Made by a program: the position numbers and the translations under genes. A model generated the notes under the pieces. It did no database searches. It saw only the letters and a list, made by a program, of their open reading frames with translations, and was not told where the DNA came from. From Perna viridis (taxonomy: Eukaryota), in contig CM074522.1 of the NCBI GenBank assembly GCA_037379345.1, positions 16,182,001 to 16,246,000 of the forward strand: 64,000 nucleotides of DNA. Reading direction: 5' to 3'. Shown one piece after another: positions 51,501-60,500 of this stretch. Each line of letters opens with the position of its first letter. Position 1 is the stretch's first letter.

Positions 51501-54500
51501 CATAATCATATATTACACTCATGCTATGTATAAAGCTAATCCGGGATAGTGTACATTGTTTTAATCATATTTGTTTCTCGAAAGAATAGTACACTTGATC
51601 TTACTTCGGTAATTTGAAAACTATAAAACCTGGCTAATTAAAGTAAAAGACTAATTTTCCAGACTTTGAAGAAAATCATTTGATTTCAAGGTCATTCTAC
51701 TTTTGTCTTCACTGATTCAGCATTTTCATTTAAAGTCCTTCCACATATTAGAATTTAATCACTAATCAATGAAAAATCGGTAAAGTTTTCTATCAAGATA
51801 ATATAACCTTTTCATTAGGCTAATTTGAAATAAAACTGCATGAAACTAAATAAGAGTGGTATTTGGAAGATAAAATTTGTAAAATTAAAGATTCATATTT
51901 ATGATTACACGAGAAAGTAACAAGTGTTTCTGGTTAGCGGAATATTAAAGATCAGTGAAAAATAATGTAATAGAAAATGATAGATACTTAAATTTTCTTT
52001 GATTAATTGAGTAAAATGTATATTTTCCCCCGCATGAGAAGATAGCAAATTTATCAGTAGGATGGGCGCCTTACTATCATAGAAAATTGACAAGTTTTAG
52101 TCCAACCTAAGAAATTATCCCAGCATGATAGTGGGGTTTTGGCCGGCAGGGGAGTGCAATCGATTCACATTCATGTATACAAAATCTATCTTTGATAAAT
52201 AAAAATCTTGAACGATTTAAAGAATTTGGAGCATGTGATACTGAATTGTTTAAAAGAGATTGGGTCAGATGACAAATTGCAATCATTTTTTCATTTGATA
52301 ATACCATTGAAAAAAGCCTTAATTATTCCCAATCTGACATGAAATTTAGCTTACTTCTACCCCCTCAGCTAATCGGCCAATTATTTAGTACTTCACTCCT
52401 GGAGCAAAATTGGCTTTCATCTTTGAAGTACTTTTACCCGTTGCTATCGACGTTGAAAGGCTATATTGTTCCGAAGGTGAAAAATGAGAGAAAAGATGGA
52501 AAGAGATATGTCTGGAAAAGGTCTTTGTGTCCTAGTATAAATACATGTATTTTAAGTGGAGGTCTCTATGTAAAGTTATTGCCTTAAGTCATAGATACTG
52601 GACTGAATCAATTAATGAATTTCGGTAGAAAATGTTTTTCAAGGGGCTGTAAAATCGGATACCGAAATATGGTCGCACGTAAAGCCACTTATTCAGTGTT
52701 TAGAAAGCAGCTTGTGCGACACAAATAAGAGGTGACAAAATAAGTCATAAAAATAAAATTTTGGACAAAGATACACGGTGCGACAATGTTATATTCCAAC
52801 TTTGTGGCTGGTGACGATGTATTTAACCACCTTGACACTACTTCGATTGCTATGTATTTTTTTTCATACGAAATCAGCTGTTAAAACAAAATATAACATA
52901 CCTTAATTTCAATGATTCTAAAGTGCTGATAGTGTTAGCACAATAGACCGTGTTAACTGTTGAATATTCGATCAGGATGCGTGGAGCATGCTCAATATTC
53001 ACTTCCGTGCGGAAAATTCTGTTGTTCTACCCAAGCCCCAACTCGCGGAATTGTAAATTTAACACGAAACGGTCTATTATTGTTTCAATACTTTTCAGGA
53101 ACTTGAAGATGTACGACGAAAAGCTGTAGATGCCAAAGACAGTTGGATTACGTTTGTCAGACATTCCAAAAGACCACAAAATAACAGGCAACCGCGAAAA
53201 CGAAAGGATAAGAAGAGTAAACGATTGGCTTGTTCACATGTAAGTTATATAAAATTTTTGTAATAAAACACGGTTTAAACGAAATCGTTATTTCAAAAGT
53301 CAGTTGACAGACAAAACTGTAAAAATTGAAACAACGAACACAATACAAAATTGAGAAAAACGCCAAATTATGATCAATCCAGACTATACAACGAACAAGA
53401 TACATTTGCACAAATGCGAGAAAAATTATAACAAACTTGGCTTACACCAACAACACACATGCACTGTTATGGTATTGCAAACAGATATATATATATATAT
53501 ATATCTGTTTGCAATACCATAACAGTGCATGTGTGTTGTTGGTGTAAGCCAAGTTTGTTATNNNNNNNNNNNNNNNNNNNNNNNNNNNNNNNNNNNNNNN
53601 NNNNNNNNNNNNNNNNNNNNNNNNNNNNNNNNNNNNNNNNNNNNNNNNNNNNNNNNNNNNNNNNNNNNNNNNNNNNNNNNNNNNNNNNNNNNNNNNNNNG
53701 TCAAAATTGAAGAAGCTAGAACAAACCGAGACGATTGACGGATGTATATTACAAATATTGTTTTTAAAAAAAATCTACTGATTTCATTTGCAGTCACATT
53801 TACATGATAATTGTAGCAGAGATTTGATTTCGTGAACTAAATGAACGATGTTTAATTGTATCTAATTTCTTGTATAGGGTTGTGTACCTGGTCCAGCTGG
53901 ACCTCGAGGCCCACCCGGACCCCCGGGACCCGCAGGGGCAGCTATAACGAAAGAAATGTTAATGGACGAATTTAAGGAACTCGTTCGAGGTAGGTCTTGA
54001 CTATAAATGTTTGGATTCATGTTTATGCTTATTGAAACAAGATGGACAGACTGTGAAAAAATGAAGATTGAAAGTATGACCTGACCCTCAATACTTATTT
54101 TTCCTTTTAAAAATATACTGGCATTCAAACGAAGAACAAAAAAATAAGTCGTTAACTGAAATAACATTCAAAGTCTTTCTTCGCCTATAGTATAAGTCAT
54201 GCAGTCGTTTCAGTAAATGTGGTATATCCTCTGGCATTCATCTTTCATTTGTAAGACCAAGCCCAATTCTATCTGTCAAAAATTTTAGTATTATACGCCA
54301 ATTGATACTTTACCATGCAATTGGTCATCGAGATTGTTTTGTGATTTAACTGGCCCATCAATTTTACTAGCCGCAATCTTTGGTCCAGTGGTTCATTCTA
54401 GTACTATCCACTGTGAGGTTGTCCTTGATTAAAGTTCTATCATCTACCAAAATGTTAGTCGAAAGAAAAATAACTTCGTTGCACAGTCTGCAAAATAAGC

Positions 54501-57500
54501 AGCTATTGTTGAATATTGAAATGAATACAGCTTATGCAAAACACAATGTATAGCTAAACCTGTCTAAACCGAACCACTTTTGGACTTTAAAATTGATTTC
54601 GTTTAGATAGGTGCTTGGATTATTCAGAGTTTGCTGTATTTCATATTCATATTGAGCTCTAAACAATTTGGAGTTGTACATTTAACAGATAAACTTTTAA
54701 CTTAGTTCAGGTTAGTTCCGCTAAGTCTCAAAATATTTCAAAACCTGCCCAGTACTCCTGTCGAATGTCTGATAAAAGCATTTTTTAACTCCAATTTATT
54801 GCTTTTAAGCTATCAATTGAGGTCAGAGAAATCTTTAAAATAGCTTCTAGTATCTTTACGGTATGGTGGCGGAAGTGTGAAGATTTGACTATGATATTTT
54901 TTACTTACAGTCTGTCCGGGTCATGCTTGGACGTTTAAGACCGTGTAATAAACCTCATAAAACACAAGCAGTCAAAGAAAGTTTATTCAATATAGAAAAA
55001 GCTTGTACAAAAAGGTTTCTATCTAAGACTTTTCCATGCACATCGACTAACCACAGTATGGTCTACTGCAGACGTAAGGTTTTTTTTTCAAAAAGAATTT
55101 TATAAAACTTTACATTTGATAGGGTTGAGCACTCTTGCTTTATAACAATTGATCCGAAAATAAATGTATTTCTAGAAAAAGAACAAATACGACTATTAAA
55201 AAATGAATCAATCGCGGATTCTGAAACTCGGGAAAAAGAGGTTACTGATCTAAGAGTGATTTAAAGTGAATTTTTCAACATAAACGTTTGGGAGACCTTC
55301 TCTACGCCCCCTTCTGGGTCTGCCTCTGAGAGAATGAAATTGGATGATATGTATTTCGTACCGGAAACAAACATGTTTTTTTCTTATCTGATCAAATTAT
55401 ACAGAAGCATTCCGGTAATAAATCCTATGAACTGATAAATTTATATACCATTTTCTCATGAATTTTGCACGTATAATGATAAGCATATACCTGATACAAA
55501 TTTTATGTAGCTATCAAGAAAGGTTAGGAATATCGACTATAAATCTCCAAAGTTTATGATAGTGGATGTGTTTATATATATGGAACTTTCATTTTTTTCC
55601 CTATGAAAGTTTTACTCAGACGATAAACTTCATCCTCACGCCAACATAGGTATTTTGATCAATGGTTATTACATGTATCCTTTATTACCAACTTACATCA
55701 CATCTATGATAACAGCTTAATTTAGCTTCATTGCAATATCAAGCACTTATGAAAAGACCTTTTAAATCTCCATCCAGTAAGTCTTGATATACAGGGATCA
55801 TTTTCGTCCGTTCGTCACAGTAAGGATTTCTTCATGATTATTAGACACACTCCACTCTCAAAATTGGCTCTCTCAAAAGCCATACAAGACAGACGACGGT
55901 CGGTTATGGAATAAATGACATTAAATGTTTAAAATTTTAGTCAATTTGTTTGTCCCAAGGTAGAAATGTGTAAAGTTTCTTTGATCAATTTCCTCATTAT
56001 AGATAATATATACATTTGACAAGATAGGAAGTTCGAGAGGGATTATAAGTCTCGTCGCTCGACTATGTGAGTTCTTAAACTCAATTCAAAAGCATCAGAA
56101 GTGGTTGAATTTAAGGAGGTTGACCTATAGTAAGGGACATAACTCTTGAAATCAGTGACGTGCTCGTATAATATTCAATTTCACCAAAGCTTATCAAGCT
56201 TTCATTTGAAACAGAATAAAATCAGTCCTATTTACTTTGATGCTTACATGACATTGATGTAAAATCCTGAATACGAACGTTCCAATGATATAAGAGGTGT
56301 GTCCCTTACCCTAGGTCAATCTCCTTAAGACAACAATTTTATCAAATCAAATCAAATCTATTAGCTTGTCGTACAAATCTTGTACAGATTTATGAAATGT
56401 AAACAGACACAAAACAATGTCATGACAAGTATAGGGTTTGTAAGTCTCGTTCTAGTTTCAGTTTCCCTTCCGGAATTTTCGATGTAGAACGTATTGAAAT
56501 CCGAAGACAGATTTGCATTTTATTGTTTACTTCCGGGAAATCGAGGCGCTGTACCACAATGCAAAATCTTCTACTCTTATATCTTTCTTAACATTTTTAT
56601 CCTGTATAACTAGATGTTTGTCATTTTTTAAAAGTATTTTGCACAGAAAGATATTTTGCTTTTTATGTTGAACTCGGTGCTATGTTAATGACTAATCTCA
56701 GTGCATTCGAATGGTAGACGAGAACCCATTCTCATGAAACCGCGGAGTCACGTGACGAAACTTACATACCCTATTACCAAATAAACATTATGACAAAAAG
56801 AATCGAATGATGCTATTATATTTGCTAAAAGGTCCCCTTCCGTCAGTGTTAATGGCTATTTTAAGGAGGAATCAAACTGGGTGTTCTCTGCTTGTCAAAG
56901 GGTGTAGCCTGTAAGAGTTTAAATATGCTGGCATTTTCAAGAATTAATGACTATGTCTTCAACAGTTTGACATTAACTAGGGTTTTTTATTCATAACTTT
57001 ATAAAACTTTGAGTCGTAATCTATGAACTTTTTTTGTTAAAGATACGAAGCAAAGATTCTTACTCCGTATTGCTGGTTAATGTTATCATTTTTTATTACC
57101 AGGTTATATATGCTCAGGTTAATTTTAAATTCCTGTCAGACCACATGGTCTTGCTCCCACTATCAAATATGCAGCCCAACTAGTATACTATTGGGACTGC
57201 ATGTTTGATAGTGGGAGCAATCCCCTACTGTAACTGCATATTTGATAGTGGGAGCAAGCCCCTATGGTCAGACTAAAATCAGGCTCTCAGTGCTTTAAAG
57301 TTTATACGTATTTCGTCCTCTAAAAATATGACGCTGAATTTTACACGATAATTTTGTTATTAATAAAATAGAAAATTCTCTTTAGATGTTCCTGAAAATT
57401 CGTTCTACTGCAGAAATTCTGGATAAAAAATAAATCGAGAACGAGAAATACAAACCCTATAATAGTAGATATATCGAGCTACCACAAAGATATTTAACAA

Positions 57501-60500
57501 GTTGTAATAGGTAATCCATACAAGCAGCAGATTTATCAATTATCTCTTAACATCTCAATCAATTCTCGTCGAACATCAATTCCAATCGTTAAAACATAAG
57601 ATGAGAACATCGTCAATACTGATAAAAAGGCGAGATAGCGGTCTGTTCGATTAGCATTTTACAAAGCACAATACAGGTAATAAAATATACGAACAGAGGT
57701 TTATTCGATTAGTATTTTATATCGTTCAAGACAGGTAAATACAGATGTTCTCGTCTTTATTTGTCTATTACAGAGGGAATATTGTCTGTCATCTTTTCGC
57801 TAACTAGACGAGATTCTGTTACATTTTTAATTTATTTCCCAGACAAAGGCATTCAACTTCTTGTCAAAATGTGTTGATTTTACGTGTTCCTGTTCGTTTA
57901 GAATTTCATTTTTGAAGTTTGAGATACAAAAATGCCATTCAAACACACCTTGTAGATATTGCTTTATTGCAATGGTATGCTAATTAGTTTACCCCTAAGT
58001 ATCGGTTATGATAAATATTGCTGTTAACGCAGCATGCCTTTATAATGTACTGAAAGTTACTACAGTTGTATGTTATCTAAGGTAGACGGTAGTGTAAGTC
58101 AGGCGCGGGTACAGAAATTTACAAATGAGGTAGGGGAGTGATTTGCTCAGTTTTGCTGCGTTTTTGTATACAAAGTTTTCTAACAAAATTATAAAAAAAC
58201 GGAAGAGTGGTTCAAATCCCCAGAATCCTCTTTCTGAACCCTCTTCTACGTTGGTGCTGGATGCTGGGAGATGTGTTGAAAATTATGTTTATTTCACTTT
58301 TTTGACAAAATAATTACCTGAAACCACCCCTTTCTTACATATAGGATACGCAACTAGAGTCACCGGAATAAGTAGTTATATATTTTGAACTTTGGCGAAA
58401 GATTAATAGAATATTCAAAAAGTTAAAACAATTCTATCTACAAAAAACAATTGCCGTTCCCCCTTTTGTGCCTTATCACCCCATGTTCCGTTTAATGAAT
58501 TATGTTGTAAATATTAAAAAAAATAAATCTTAAGGATTTAGGTAAGGGACACAACTCACACAAATCATTGGAACGTTTGTATTTACCATTTAACATAAAT
58601 TCCATGTAAGCATCAAAGTAAGTTGGACTGATTTCATTCTGTTTCAAATGAATGCTTTAGAGGCTTTCGTAAAATTTAATGTGATACAACCATATCACTG
58701 ATTTCAAGAGTTATGTTCCTTACCCTAGGTCTACCTCCTTAAACAATACAAACATTAGAACGCTGTATCTTTGTTTATTTTTAAACTCTTAGACTGAGGC
58801 AAAAGAAGGTATAGAATGATGCAAATATTAGCTTCAGTAAGGCTCAAATTCCAAGCATGGTTTTTTGAAAATGGAATTATTTTACCTGATCCACAAAAAA
58901 TATATAAGAGCGATCATAAATTTTGCACTTTACTTCTTTCTGTAGTAGAATCTAAATAAAAACTCTTGTACTGAAAGAAAGATGCAATTAATTTTTACAC
59001 ATAGATCAAATACCAAACTGGTTACCTGTTTCCTTTTATCATTAGTTAATGAGCGTCAGGTATCAGGGTCGATACGGATGTTGGCAAAGCATTCTGGTCG
59101 CGTGTTGCAACGATTCTTAGGTCAAAGGTCATTTCATTATCTTCATGTTGTATGTCTACCGCATACGCATGGTTTTTACACGTGTCGAATGGCAGAAAAA
59201 ATTGCTGTACCAGAGTTCGAACAGAGCTAACAAGCTTGGTTATTTTTTTTTAAACTGTAGATTTCATGTTAATGATGTGAGGCATGGTGTTTAAAGTGTT
59301 AATTAGTGCCCTAACGTACTATTGAGAATTCTCCAAACCAAAACCGCTCGGTATAATTACATATTTTAATCACGATAGTTAAGTACTATTACACTATACA
59401 CTAGAGCCATCCCTTTATTAATCTTAATTTGTATCTTACGTCAATTTCTGTGGATACATTCAGTACATTTCTTGGTTTCTTTGGTAACAATATTTTTTTT
59501 TTAAATTCAACAACACTAACAAAAGGATTACAAAAAATGACCTAAAAGACAATTCTATATTTTAGAGGCTGCAGAAAAACGTGTTCAAGAATTAATAGCA
59601 GAAAAGGTACGTTAAACTACTCTAAAGTAAAACTCACTGCATGCCTACCCACGTCATACTACTCTAAAGTAAAACTCATTGCATGCCTACCCACGTCATA
59701 CTACCCTAAAGTAAAACTCACTGCATGCCTACCCACGTCATACTACTCTAAAGTAAAACTCATTGCATGCCTACCCACGTCATACTACTCTAAAGTAAAA
59801 CTCACTGCATGCCTACCCACGTCATACTACTCTAAAGTAAAACTCATTGCATGTCTACCCGTCGCGTTTTCTTTCTTTTTATAAAAATGTCTTCACTTTT
59901 GGTAATTTAACTCGACAATTAAAGCAATGTAGTCTCCAATTCGGAAACCTGATTTCAATTTCAAAGAAGCCTAGTATTTTTCACACCTGTTCTATTCCTT
60001 CAATGTTCTCAGAATAAGTAGTCATTGTCTTCCCAGAAGAGAATTTTCTGCTTTCACCTGCACAATCATGAACCGTTGGTATTGAAGTTGTAAGTTAAAT
60101 GTATAATTATTAACGAGCACATTAATTAGTTAAACTGATAACGAGGAAGGACAAACAAATCAATACATGCATAGTGGTGAAGGTTTCAACATAATTTATT
60201 GAAACTTCCATCGGATGTAATGAACTGACTCACAGACGAATCTGAAGACGGGCTGATTCCAACGCTTCAAAAAATAAACTTGTGATGTATACTTTTTCTT
60301 TGTTTTCCAGTGTCCAAATTGTGTTGACAACTTAAACAACACAAACAGCATACCTCTACCAACTACTGGTGGTGTTTTCGATTCTGTTACCAGGGTAACG
60401 GTTGGCTTCAACATGCGCATGCGCAGAAATGTTGCAATTTCGGGTAGAACATTTATGGAACTCAGTTCATTCCATCAGGTAAGGAAACTCAACTTTGATA

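Noticed and set aside
53459-53797. ORFs containing X runs
   Set aside because: Artefacts of the N gap.
53862-54167. Minus-strand ORF with GPGGPGGPRGPAGP
   Set aside because: Antisense reading of the GC-rich collagen exon 53878-53989, which has proper splice sites on the + strand.
59616-59861. Regular 42-bp array as a possible CRISPR
   Set aside because: Units are contiguous with no unique spacers, there are no cas genes, and the context is a eukaryotic intron.
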